Assembly (NCBI GenBank): GCA_951406725.2
Contig: OX597817.1
Span: 170,252,001 to 170,316,000 of the forward strand
Direction of reading: 5' to 3'
DNA from: Octopus vulgaris
Lineage: Eukaryota
DNA: 64,000 bases
Below are positions 23,040-34,986 of the stretch, piece after piece. Each line of letters starts with the position of its first letter. Within the stretch, counting starts at the first letter, position 1. The position numbers and the translations under genes are program-made. The notes under the pieces were generated by a model. It worked only from the letters and a program-made list of their open reading frames with translations. It had not been told where the DNA came from and did no database searches.

Positions 23040-23490
23040 TAATTAGTCGGATATGAGTTAATTCCACTGCTGCCACCAAGTACATAGTGCAATATTGCAT
23101 GGTAGTGAAATAGGTGTATTGACTGTAAGGGTGTATGAAGGCTTGAATAAAATGAGGTGAGTATTTTCTGTTGCATGTTGGGATGAATAAAGAATGGAGT
23201 ACAAATGAGCCAAGAAAAATTCCATGTGTCTAACACACGTGGACATGCCTACAAAGTCAGAAAACAACACAGCTCCCATGACTTTCGGAAACATTTCTTC
23301 ACGCTCAGAGTTGCTGAAGCATGGAATAAACTGCCTGCGTCAGTTGTTGACTGCCATGACACTGCATCCTTTAAGGCCCTCATGCTTTCCGAAATCCGCC
23401 GAAACTACACCTGATTATATATACACTTTAGATGAGTTGTAGTGCACCTGAGCACTGTACACAATTATTATTATTATTATTATTATTATA
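23040..23490 (+). mobile_element. CR1/L2-type LINE 3' fragment with (ATT)n tail
   Basis: ORF 23205..23414 reads NTRGHAYK...RKHFFTLRVAEAWNKLP. Confidence 0.8.
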
Positions 23491-23898
23491 TAATGAATAA
23501 GATGCAACATAATGAAAGGAGACAGATATATGATGGAACTTGAAGATGAAAACAGGAGAAACAGTTGTAGTGACTGATCTCAGGATGTTGAACTTCATTA
23601 GGGAAATAACAAAAGGCTGGGCCGCTGTGGTGAAGACTTGACCAACACAGGCAAACAGAACAACTGAATAACATAACTATACAATTATGAGAAAATATCT
23701 AAATTTTCGTATCACGCCCTAATGCTATGGAAAAAAGACATATTGAAATAATATAATCTAAGATGGAAATTTAGTGGATAAAATAAAAAAGAAAAAATCA
23801 TAGCCTGACTACTTTCAATCACAAGTCTGCTTGATTAGAGCTGACTTAGGGGCTAAAAATCATCAGCAATAAAAATGAATCAGTTCAAAATATCACAA

Positions 23899-24184
23899 CG
23901 GCCGTTGCCAGCCTCTCCTGGCCCCCGTGCCGGTGGCACGTAAAAAGCACCATCCGTCCGTGGCCGTTTGCCAGCTCCGTCTGGCACCTGTGCAGGTGGC
24001 ACGTAAAAAGCACCCACTACACTCACGGAGTGGTTGGCGTTAGGAAGGGCATCCAGCCGTAGAAACACTGACAGATCTGACTGGGCCTGATGCAGCCTTC
24101 TGGCTTCACAGACCCCAGTTGAACCGTCCAACCCATGCTAGCATGGAAAGCGGACGCTAAATGATGATGATGATGATGATGATG
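23899..24184 (+). mobile_element. (GAT)n-tailed short retroelement family with a variable number of ~60-bp internal units
   Basis: Conserved 3' end ...ccaacccatgctagcatggaaagcggacgctaaa(tga)n. Other copies at 19514-19860(-), 24523-24982(-), 25855-26330(-), 28283-28690(-), 31783-32024(+), 46368-46680(+), 54705-55039(+) and 63285-63675(+). Confidence 0.8.
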
Positions 24185-25020
24185 AAAAAGTACTTTGGTA
24201 GTTTCTGAAGTGTGAGAAAGAATGTTTTGCAATTCCTTGCTGAACAGCTGGCCCCTGATGATTTGTTTATTGTGATCAAATGTTTGTGGGACATAGGCTT
24301 ATTCCTTTATTCAAATCGACGATGTCTGTACAGACGCATGGCACTCCATACATCAAATGTCAAAATGATTGCAGAGCAACAGGAAATAAAGTGTTTTGCT
24401 GAAGAACACAACACAATTCACCAACCAGTCTGGGTACTGAACCCACAATCTTGAAGTTGTGAGTGCAACACCCTAACCATTAAACCATGTGCCTTCAATA
24501 AAAAGTATATAACCACATTATTCATCATCATCGTTTAACGTCCGTTTTCCGCGCTAGCACAGGTTGGACGGTTCGACCAGGGTCTGGGAAGCCAGGGGCT
24601 GCACCAGGCTCCAGTCTGATCTGGCAGAGTTTCTACGGCTGGATGCCCTTCCTAACGCCAACCACTCCGCAAGTGTAGTGGGTGCTCTTTACGTGCCAAC
24701 CGCACAGGTGCCAGGGGGGGGGTCCGGCATCGGTCACGATCGGTTGGAGCTTTTAACGTGCCAGCCAAGGCGGGACTGGCAACGTTCGGATGGTCTTTTT
24801 ATGTGCCACCGACACAGGAGCCAGTCGGGGCGGCGCTGGCATCGGCCACGTTTGGTTGGTGCTTTTTATGTGCCACCGGCACAGAAGCCAGTCGGGGCGG
24901 TGCTTTTTATGTGCCACCAGCACAGAAGCCAGTCGGGGCGGTGCTGGCATCGGCCACATTCGGATAGTGCTTTTTATGTGCCAATTATTACAATTTAGAG
25001 AAACAGAGAGAAGTACTTAC

Positions 25021-25128
25021 CATGGCACCTGGATCTGCATCATCATCACCAAATGCCAATGCGAGATTACTAACAGCTTGTGTAACACTCTCAACACTCA
25101 TCTTCTCGTTATAGGTAAACCAATGGTT
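25021..25128 (-). CDS. PSMA5: PSMA5 coding exon 4 ([36 protein letters not shown])
   Basis: 108 nt; tttcag acceptor, gtaagt donor; alpha-5-specific NHWFTYNE...DADPGAM sequence. Confidence 0.98.
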
Positions 25129-26381
25129 CTGAAAGACAACACAGTAAATATTTATAGACGAGATTAATCTGATGAAATGGTCAAGTCTTACTGAAATGAC
25201 GGCTTGGGAGGGAATGGCAGTTTAGGATTTGCTGCTGCTGTTGTTTTAACATCCACTTTTCCATGTTTGCATGAGTTAGATGAGATTATGTTGAAATTCT
25301 GCTGGGACAGAATTTTCTATGCCCCAACATACTCTTTCAGTCATCAGTCCTCACCTGTTTCTAAGGGAGGTGATAATCTAGTCTACTGGACAACAAACAG
25401 CCTGGACATGTTTACATGGAGAATTGGGAACAAATGGTGGCATCACACAGATGAACCTTTCATTTTCAAAGATCATACAATATATCAAGAAGCTGAACAT
25501 TCTTTCATGGTGGACTGCAAGAAAGAATAACCAATCACGAACACACACAAATACACATGACATGCTTCTGGTTTCTGCCTATCAGATCTAATCACAAGGC
25601 TTAGGTCAGCCCGGGGTTAAAGTAGAAGACTGAACCCAAGACTGAACCCAAAACCATATGCTCAGGAAGTGAACTGCTTAATAACACAGCCATGCCTGTA
25701 CCATTATATATATATATTCAACAATGAGCGTGAAAAAAATTAGATATTAATTCAATAATATCGTTGGCGATTATACCGGAGGAGCTATTTCTAGCACTAG
25801 AGTTAACATATTCAAAGTTGGCTCTCTTATATTTACGGATAAATATATATATATATCATAATCATCATCATCATCATCATTTAGCATCCGTTTTCCATGC
25901 TAGCATGGGTTGGACAGTTCTACTGGGGTCTGTGAAGCCAGAAGGCTTCATCAGGCCCAGTCAAATCTGGCAGTGTTTCTACGGCTGGATGCCCTTCCTA
26001 ACGCCAACCACTCCGTGAGTGTAGTGGGTGCTTTTTACGTGCCACCCGCACAGGTGCCAGACAGAGGTGGCAAACGGCCACGAACGGATGGTGCTTTTTA
26101 TGTGCCACCGGCACGAGGGCCAGGCGGGGCTGGCAACAGACACGAAATGGGGCGGTGCTGGCAACGGTTGCGAAACGGAAGGTTCTCTTACATGCCACCG
26201 GCACTGGTAACACATCTGCAATTTCCATTGATCGATTTCGATTCTGATCCTCACTTGCCTCAACAGGTCTTCACAAGTAGAGTTTTGTGTCCCAAGAAGG
26301 GAAGGTATGCATACGTAGGCTGGCTCCAGGATAAAATGTTTTTCGAAAAAAATGTTATTAAAAAATACCTTTAAAGGCTAA

Positions 26382-26501
26382 ATATATAAACAATTCATAA
26401 ATAAGGGCAAACGAAAAAAATTTCCAATGCCAAATATTGGACATATTGTCCATTAACCATTAATTTTTTCGTTTGCCCTTATTTATGAATTGTTTATATA
26501 T
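26382..26501. repeat. Inverted repeat with ~40-bp arms next to (TA)n
   Basis: atatataaacaattcataaataagggcaaacgaaaaaa and its complement; the spacer holds a small tggaca/tgtcca hairpin. Confidence 0.9.
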
Positions 26502-27002
26502 ATATATATAGATACATTGTAAAATTGTAGAGAGCTTTTGATATTTTATGTTACAATAGAGTGACTGATCTTCTTGTACTACTAATAGATGATACACTGC
26601 AAAATAATTTAGCGGTCATGACCACGTATATAGAATACACAGTAAATTAAACTCAACCTGTCCTAATATGCAAACCAAGCCAGTGCAGCTGCTGCATTTG
26701 CAAACACTCATCTTAAAAATCATTCAAAAGAAAGTCATCTTCCAACTGATTAGCAAAGATTCACTTGCCAACATACTACAATCTTTAGCTCAGACATGCT
26801 GTCTCCACACTGTCTATTCAATCACTGCTGCAACATCTGCACCTCTGAACCAGTTAGTTGAATACCGTTTTCACTCAAACCTACTTGACTCTCATTCCCT
26901 CATCAGTCATCAACACTGGTGTGTTGCATCAATCTCACCAACCTTAGAGGGTCTCCAAGGTTATGGACACTGCCCCCTTCTTGACTAAACCATGCAAGAA
27001 GT

Positions 27003-27409
27003 ACTCTTTTACTCTTTTGCTTGTTTCAGTCCTTTGACTGCGGCCATGCTGGAGCACCAACTTTTTTAGTCAAGCAAATCGACCCCGGGACTTATTCTTT
27101 GTAAGCCCAGTACTTATTCTATCGGTCTCTTTTGCCGAACTGCTAAGTGACGGGGACGTAAACACACCAGCATCGGTTGTCAAGCAATGCTAGGGGGACA
27201 AACACAGACACACAAACACACACACATATATATATATACATATATATGACGGGCTTCTTTCAGTTTCCATCTACCAAATCCACTCACAAGGCTTTGGTCG
27301 GCCCGAAGCTATAGTAGAAGACACTTGCCCAAGGTGCCATGCAGTGGGACTGAACCCAGAACCATGTGGTTGGTTAGCAAGCTACTTACCACACAGCCAC
27401 TCCTGCGCC
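27003..27409 (-). mobile_element. CORE-like tRNA SINE, full length, in a PSMA5 intron
   Basis: Reverse complement of the 7444-7863 family. Confidence 0.88.
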
Positions 27410-27794
27410 TAGTATTGTATTTTCCAGCACAAAAGTTTAGGTAGTATATAATGTAAACATTCAAACACTGTCACTATATTTCTAAATCTTGTGGCATTCC
27501 ACGTAGAATTTTTGGTCCTCCAAAGTTCTCTTAGTGAATAAGTAAATCTACCTTTTTTAACTGTAAATTTTGGTCAGAAAAATTTGATTTGTATGTCCAA
27601 AAATATGGTAGTTAGAGTTGATACACACACACACACATTTTCCCATCAGATCAAGACTGGAGCCTGGTGCAGCCATCTAGTTGCCAGCCCTCAGTCAAAA
27701 CCGTCCAACCCATGCTAGCATGGAAAACGGACGTTAAACGATGATGTTGATGATAAGCATGATAGAAGACGTTACATTTAAATTCAATATTCAC

Positions 27795-27862
27795 CTGAGC
27801 TTCAACTCGCGCTCGGTCAATCATTGTTCGGGAATCTGCAACCAATCCACTCATAGCACAAC
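27795..27862 (-). CDS. PSMA5: PSMA5 coding exon 3 (G-CAMSGLVADSRTMIDRARVEAQ)
   Basis: 68 nt; tttcag acceptor, gtgaat donor; phase fits exon 2; seen inside ORF 27651..27875. Confidence 0.98.
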
Positions 27863-27983
27863 CTGAAAGAAACAAGAGTTAGTTGGAATAGGTAGTCAGC
27901 AGACCAGACTATCTTTATACAATTAATTAAACACAGTAAAGAATTCATTACAATTTACTTGCAAATTTATCTTTTATACTTAC

Positions 27984-28110
27984 CTATATGTGAATCAACC
28001 TCGAGAACTTTCTCTATACTTGAAGCCACAATCAGAGGACAGGTAACCCTCTTTTCGACAGCCAACACAATACCATCGTTGGTTTGGATCCCTATGGCAG
28101 TAGAACCAAG
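27984..28110 (-). CDS. PSMA5: PSMA5 coding exon 2 ([43 protein letters not shown])
   Basis: 127 nt; tag acceptor, gtaagt donor; phase 0 to 1; matches the alpha-subunit GST..GI and LAVEKR motifs. Confidence 0.98.
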
Positions 28111-29024
28111 CTATAAATACAAAATGATAATCCAATGTAAATTCTAACAAAATCTTTTCCTACTTTTAACACTGATAAATGTTAAATAAATATAAGATTG
28201 TCAAGAACTTTTATTTGAAATTGCTGGAAAGCAGATATATTCAAAATTTCATCACTCGTAACTGTGAAAAGTAGTTTTATACATCATCATCATCATCATC
28301 GTTTAGCGTCCGTTTTCTATGCTAGCATGGGTTGGACGGTTCTACTGGGGTCTGTGAAGCCACAAGGCTTCATCAGGCCCAGTCAGATCTGGCAGAGTTT
28401 CTACGGCTGGATGCCCTTCCTAACGCCAACCACACCGTGAGTGTAGTGGGTGCTTTTTACGTGCCACCCGCACAGGAGCCAGACGGAGCTGGCAAACGGC
28501 CACAAACGGATGGTGCTTTTACGTGCCACCGGCACGGGGGCCAGGCGAGGCTGGCAACGGACATGAACGGATGGTGCTTTTACGTGCTACCGGCATGGGG
28601 GCCAGGCAAGGCTGGCAACAGACACGAACGGATGGTGCTTTTATGTGCTACCAGCACGGGGGCCAGGCGAGGCTGGCAACGGACACGAACATCTATTTTT
28701 TGTTGAGGAATATCATATTTGAAACTACTTTCTGTTGAGACAGGTCAAATGTTATCAAGGCAAAGAGACTGGCAGAAAATACCAATTCTATGTTTTTGGT
28801 AGATGTTTAACAACATTTATGGAATAATGATGTGATTAAATTTTGCAGTGAAAGAGTTAAAAGAGTAAAAATAAAAAAGACAGTCTCGGAAAGATGTCTT
28901 TTTCCAAAACACAACAGGTGCTAAATAGTTAACAGAAAATAAAATATTTCAGGTAAGCTTGTTGGAAAATTAAATCAAATAAAACATAAGTCATACAAAA
29001 ATGGGTCAAAGCACAATCATATTA

Positions 29025-30235
29025 GTCTGGCCCCCGGGCCGGTGACACGTAAAAGCACCATCCGTTCGTGGCCGTTTGCCAGCTCTGTCTGGCCCCCGTG
29101 CCGGTGACACGTAAAAGCACCATCCGTTCGTGGCCGTTTGCCAGCTCTGTCTGGCCCCCGTGCCGGTGACACGTAAAAGCACCATTCGCTCGTGGCCGTC
29201 TGCCAGCTCTGCCTGGCCCCCGTGCCGGTGACACGTAAAAGCACCATCCGTTCGTGGCCATTTGCCAGCTCTGTCTGGCCCCCGTGCCGGTGACACGTAA
29301 AAGCACCATCCGTTTCGTGGCCGTTTGCCAGCTCTGTCTGGCCCCCGTGCCGGTGACACGTAAAAGCACCATCCGTTCGTGGCCGTTTGCCAGCTCTGTC
29401 TGGCCCCCGTGCCGGTGGCATGTAAAAGCACCATCCGTTCGTGGCCGTTTGCCAGCCCTGTCTGGCCCCCGTGCCGGTGACACGTAAAAGCACCATCCGT
29501 TTGTGGCCGTTTGCCAGCTCTGTCTGGCCCCCGTGCCGGTGACACGTAAAAGCACCATCCGTTCGTGGCCGTTTGCCAGCCCTGTCTGGCCCCCGTGCCG
29601 GTGACACGTAAAAGCACCATCCGTTCGTGGCCGTTTGCCAGCTCTGTCTGGCCCCCGTGCCGGTGTCACGTAAAAGCACCATCCGTTCGTGGCCGTTTGC
29701 CAGCCCTGTCTGGCCCCCGTGCCGGTGACACGTAAAAGCACCATCCGTTCGTGGCCGTTTGCTAGCTCTGTCTGGCCCCCGTGCCGGTGACACGTAAAAG
29801 CACCATCCGTTCGTGGCTGTTTGCCAGCCCTGTCTGGCCCCCATGTCGGTGACATGTAAAAGCACCATCCGTTCGTGTCCGTTGCCAGCCTCGCCTGGCC
29901 CCCGTGCCGGTGACACGTAAAAGCACCATCCGTTCATGGCCGTTTGCCAGCCCTGTCTGGCCCCCGTGTCGGTGGCATGTAAAAGCACCATCCGTTCGTG
30001 CCCGTTGCCAGCCTCGCCTGGCCCCCGTGCTGGTGACACGTAAAAGCACCATCCGTTTCGTGGCCGTTTGCCAGCTCTGTCTGGCCCCCGTGTTGGTGGC
30101 ACGTAAAAGCACCATCCGTTCGTGTCCGTTGCCAGCCTCGCCTGGCCCCGTGCCGGTGACACGTAAAAGCACCATCCGTTCGTGGCAGTTTGCCAGCTCT
30201 GTCTGGCACCTGTGCAGGTGGCACGTAAAAAGCAC
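29025..30235 (+). repeat. 62-bp GC-rich minisatellite (~19 units) expanded inside a (GAT)n-tailed retroelement (element ends at about 30406)
   Basis: Unit gtctggcccccgtgccggtgacacgtaaaagcaccatccgttcgtggccgtttgccagctct; period 62 (starts at 29041, 29103, 29165...). Confidence 0.96.
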
Positions 30236-30870
30236 CCACTACACTCTCGGAGTGGTTGGCGTTAGGAAGGGCATCCAGCCGTAGAAACACTGCCAGATCT
30301 GACTGGGCCTGATGCAGCCTTCCAGCTTCACAGACCCCAGTTGAACCGTCCAACCCATGCTAGCATGGAGAACGGACGCTAAATGATGATGATGATGATG
30401 ATGATGAATAAGGGTTAAATTTGGTGAAGATCTCATCATAACTAAATTTAACGTCTCTTATACATATGCAATAGTCAAATTGGTTTCAAATTTTGGCACA
30501 AGGCCAGCAATTTCAGGGAGGAAGTAAGTTGATTAAAACGACCTCAGTGTTCAATTGATACTTATTTTGTCAACTCCAAAAGGATGAAAGGCAAAGTCAA
30601 CCCCAGTGGCATTTGAACTCAGAACATAATGTCAGAAGAAATGCTGCTAAGCATATTTTCTGGTGCAGTAACAATTCACAATACAGTCATATTACTATGC
30701 ATGTATTTCATCATATGATTAAGCTATTGTTTCTGACTAAATCTTAAACACCAACTATAACTACAATGTCTAATGTGTTCTTAGGATGAAGGTTGACCCG
30801 AACAGAAACAGGTTTCCTACAATAATTAAATAAGCTCCTTTAAGTGCTATTTCTCTCTCTTTTCCAGCTA

Positions 30871-31038
<168 letters not shown>

Positions 31039-33219
31039 TTATTATTATACAAGGGACATAACTCTGAGCAAATGAGAAAAAAGAATTTTTCACTAAATTT
31101 CGAAACTGATTAGTCACTGCTTTAAACAAACTCTCACGGTATAAGTTCAGATGTCCATTTAAGAAATTATTATCTTAAAGCTGATTCCAGAAAATGTATT
31201 TAATACAATGGAAACAAAAACAGATGTTTCTAACATGGGCACAAATTTTGGGGGAGAAGCCAATCACATCAATCTCAGGGCTCGACATCACCATCATCAT
31301 CATTTAGCGTCCGCTTTCCATGCTAGCATGGGTTGGACGGTTCAACTGGGGTCTGTGAAGCAGGAAGGCCGCATCAGGCCCAGTCTGATCTGGCAGTGTT
31401 TCTACAGCTGGATGCCCTTCCTAACAGTATATTATTAATCCTAGTGGGAGGAAGGATAAAGTTAACCGTAGCAGGATTTGAAATAAGAACATAAAGAACT
31501 AGAACAAATAGAAGGCATTCTGGTGATGCTTTAACGATTTTGCCAATCCATCCATCTAATTGGAAGCACTAACAATCCTTTCTGCTATAGGTACAAGGCC
31601 TGAAATTTTGGGGGAAGTGGCTAGTTGATAACATTGACACCCCCTTGCTCAACTGGTACCTATTTCATAGACCTCCAAACGATGGAAGGCCATAGTCGAG
31701 CTCAGCAGAATTTGAACTCAGAATGTAAAGATGGATGAAAAGCTGCTAAGCATTTTGCATGGCATTCTAAGAATTCTGCTAATTGGCACGTAAAATGCAC
31801 TAATCCGACCGTGGCCGTTGCCAGCCTCGCCTGGCACCTGTGCGGGTGGCACGTAAAAAGCACCCACTACACTCTCGGAGTGGTTGGCGTTAGGAAGGGC
31901 ATCCAGCTGTAGAAACACTGCCAGATCGGACTGGGCCTGATGCAGCCTTCTGGCTTCCCAGATCCCCAGTCGAACCGTCCAACCCATGCTAGCATGGAGA
32001 ACGGACGTTAAACGATGATGATGATTGGAAGCACCAATAATGCTTATATGTTAACCAGCTTGTGAATTTGACATTTTGTGGAAACTGAGGCAAAAGGCAG
32101 AAGCTTAAGTATCAGCAGGTTATAGCTTACCCCACAAGGGCTCTTTCTATGATCACATTACTCATGTCTTTTAAGATAGTAGGGTGCAATACAAAAAAAG
32201 ATTTAGTTGCTATTTCTTGTCAATTGAGAGTAATGTAGATAACCTCACTAGATTGGGGTTGGTGAATAGAAATTGTTGGCTTGGAGTTTGCAGTATAGGT
32301 AGGTCAGATTGGATAACAAAAAGTTAGGTTGCTATACATATCAGCCATTACCAATAAACTTTATAAAAGGAAAACTCAGGCCATAGTTAATTTTGGGTTA
32401 ATGAGGGATCTTCTATATGGTTGCTTGACCTTCTCAAAATACCAGCCAAATATTCCTCAAAATCAAAGGACATATTAACATTAGAAGGACCAGACCTTTC
32501 ACCTGCTTCTAAGGACCTGAATGCATCAATTGAGGCAAAGATATTTTTCAATTTGAAAGGAAAAAAGAGAAGGAGAGGTAGGAAACCATTATTAAATGTA
32601 TAAACCTACAGAATTTTATGACTTCATGTGGTTTATTTTTTTGGCAGGTGGTGCAAACAATCTATAATATATAGTATATAAAACTATGAAAAATGAAACA
32701 CCATGATGTCAAAATCTACAATAATTTTTGAATTGTGTTAAACAAGGTAATATCCTAGTTAGATGATATTCTCCTCAAAAAGTGTGGTTTTGTATCACAC
32801 TTTCTTTTGAGAGAATACAAATGATTAATTTAACTGAGTACTTGACTGGTACCTTATTTCACCAGTGGTCTTTATGAATGAGCAATATACTCTACAATTC
32901 AGGTAAATAATATCACCTGAAGGTTGCAGGTTCAATCCCCACTAAAGGTAGCATAATGAAAACAGCAGGATAACACACAGGAGTCACAACCTAGCTGAAA
33001 AACTTGCCTGAGAAATTCTTTCTCTATTAAGATTTGTCCTGCAGTCTGCTTACCTCATAGTGAGTATCCACTTATTATTGGTCTTGAAGGATGTTAGGTA
33101 AAAATCAACTTCAGAATGTCCAGATGAGAGACAGTACTACAAACCCATTCAACCACAGTCAATATAAATAGACATAATCAGAGACTATAACTTTGTCCCA
33201 TGTCTTCCTGGGTCATGCC

Positions 33220-34755
33220 CTCTATCGTCAACCAGAATTCATCTATGAAGCAATTGCCCCAGCTCCCCTTCAGGGTTGGCGAAAGCGATGTGGTGGGCAA
33301 TGAAAAACCTGGCTGATGACAGTCAAGGCTGATCTGGAACCCAACCTAGGCCCCCATGTCTACGGCACTCACCACTGGAATGAGTGGTTGGAGATCTCGC
33401 GGTCGTTAGCCTCAAATCGCCAAGCCTGGTCGGCATTTGTGAGAGATGTAGCATTGAGGATGAATGAAGCCAGCTCAACCCACTCCGGGTGAATGCTGTC
33501 TTAAGACAAGAAGAAGAAGACTTCCTGGGTCCCCTTTTCCATAGGTTCTGAGAACATTTAGCACTTCTTTCTACAGTTATCTTCATCCTACACCTCACAT
33601 GACTATACAAGCATTGTTTTCTCTCTTGCACACCCGATTCCTCTTATGCCCAATTCTTCTTTTATATTTGCACATCGTTGTACACGAACACTGACATTTG
33701 CACATCCATTGGGGCATGCTAGTTTCATTTCTTTCTAGTCTTTGCATGTGTTCTGTATGCATGACACATCTCATTATCATGTAACGCAGTTGTTCATACA
33801 AAGCAATTATCTTGAAGCAACCACTCTAGGTTGTTAATGCTCTTTGTTTAAGACCCAAATTTCTGTGATAGAGCAGAAACATACCACCAATATTCTCATA
33901 CCAAATAGCAAAACCTAGGCTTGTGGTGGGACGCTTAAGTTTTAGTTAGCAGGAAAGAAGACCATGCTAAGTGGCCATGCTCATTATGCAGAAAAAGAGT
34001 AGACAGTACTTCTATATGGTATACCCATCGTAAACAATGGATGCACAAGAAATGCAGCAGAATCACAGGCAAATTGACAAAGAATCTTATATGAAGTAGA
34101 TGTACAAGAGTAACTGCAGCATGGGCACCCATAAAATAAATGAAACCATTCAAGTGCTTTGAAGACTTTCTAGATGTAGTGGATACCTTCTCTTAAATAG
34201 GTGACCAAATTCGCAGTGAAGGAGGGTGTTCTGAAAGTAGCCAGAGTAGGAAAAAGGGTGGGAAATGTTTGGGAAGTTATTCTCAGTGTTTGAAATAATG
34301 GATTTACTTTTTACATCAAGTGTAGATTACAAGATCCTTGTGTACAAATTGTGATGTTGCAAGATATGGGCACTGAATATGGAAGATGTACGAAGGCTGA
34401 AAAAAAAAAAAAACGAGAGGCAAGCATGCCCTAACGGATATATAATGTTAGTGTGTGTACAAAAGATGGAGCGCAAATTAGGTGAGAGAAGAACTTGGTA
34501 AAAGAGATACTGTTTGCAAAATACAAGACTGAGCTGTACCTACATGTGATGTAAACAGAGGTTGACTGTTAGGTGAGGAAGTGTCAAAATAATCCAAATA
34601 GGAAGAACCTAAGGAAGAGGAACACAAGGGAAAAAATGGGAAGAGGCGGTGAAAGCTGATTACATCAATTACAACAGGTAGAGAAAGATTATGCTTTAGA
34701 AGTCCCGTCCAACCTATAGAACTATAGAATGGATGTAAGAAGATGATGATGATGA
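33220..34755. mobile_element. Cluster of highly degenerate RTE-type LINE 3' fragments in both orientations
   Basis: MQRLERNE.SM..WMC motif (ORF 33595..33801) matches the 10139..10387 LINE; (GAA)n and (GAT)n tails at about 33510 and 34745. Confidence 0.55.
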
Positions 34756-34776
34756 AGATAACAAGTGCAGTCATAC

Positions 34777-34870
34777 ATGAAACCATTTGAAATCGCTGAA
34801 TATTTTGTAACACTGGACAGGTGTGTGAAAAACAAACTCTTGAAATTCAATATAGTCGACTGTCTGAAAA
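34777..34870 (-). other. PSMA5: Candidate non-coding first exon of PSMA5
   Basis: Coding exon 1 starts at a splice acceptor, so an upstream UTR exon must exist. This non-repetitive stretch has a CAT|gtatga donor and an ARE about 100 bp upstream. Boundaries are inferred. Confidence 0.3.
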
Positions 34871-34975
34871 ACTTCTGTATGCTAATTTAGAGTTCGATTT
34901 CTATCACACCTCGTTGAAATTAGTTATAAGTTTTACACTGACTTAAAAAAATAAAATGTTTAAAAAATGCTAAGC

Positions 34976-34986
34976 ATGAGTTTGCA
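34976..34986 (+). promoter_or_regulatory. ARE / CNC-sMaf (Nrf1/NFE2L1-type) site ATGAGTTTGCA upstream of PSMA5
   Basis: Exact match to RTGA[G/C]nnnGCA with an A-rich 3' flank, next to Maf-like TGCTAAGCA, in unique sequence 5' of a proteasome gene. Confidence 0.45.

Noticed and set aside
25169-25205. CTGATGA...GAAA hammerhead candidate (also 16324 and 3177)
   Set aside because: Stems II and III cannot form.
29025-30235. CRISPR array
   Set aside because: Units are contiguous with no unique spacers, there are no cas genes, and the context is a eukaryotic intron.
29006-30353. Long minus-strand ORFs (204-381 aa) as a protein-coding gene
   Set aside because: They arise from a largely stop-free 62-bp tandem unit read through all three frames; the same peptides come from every dispersed copy of the element.
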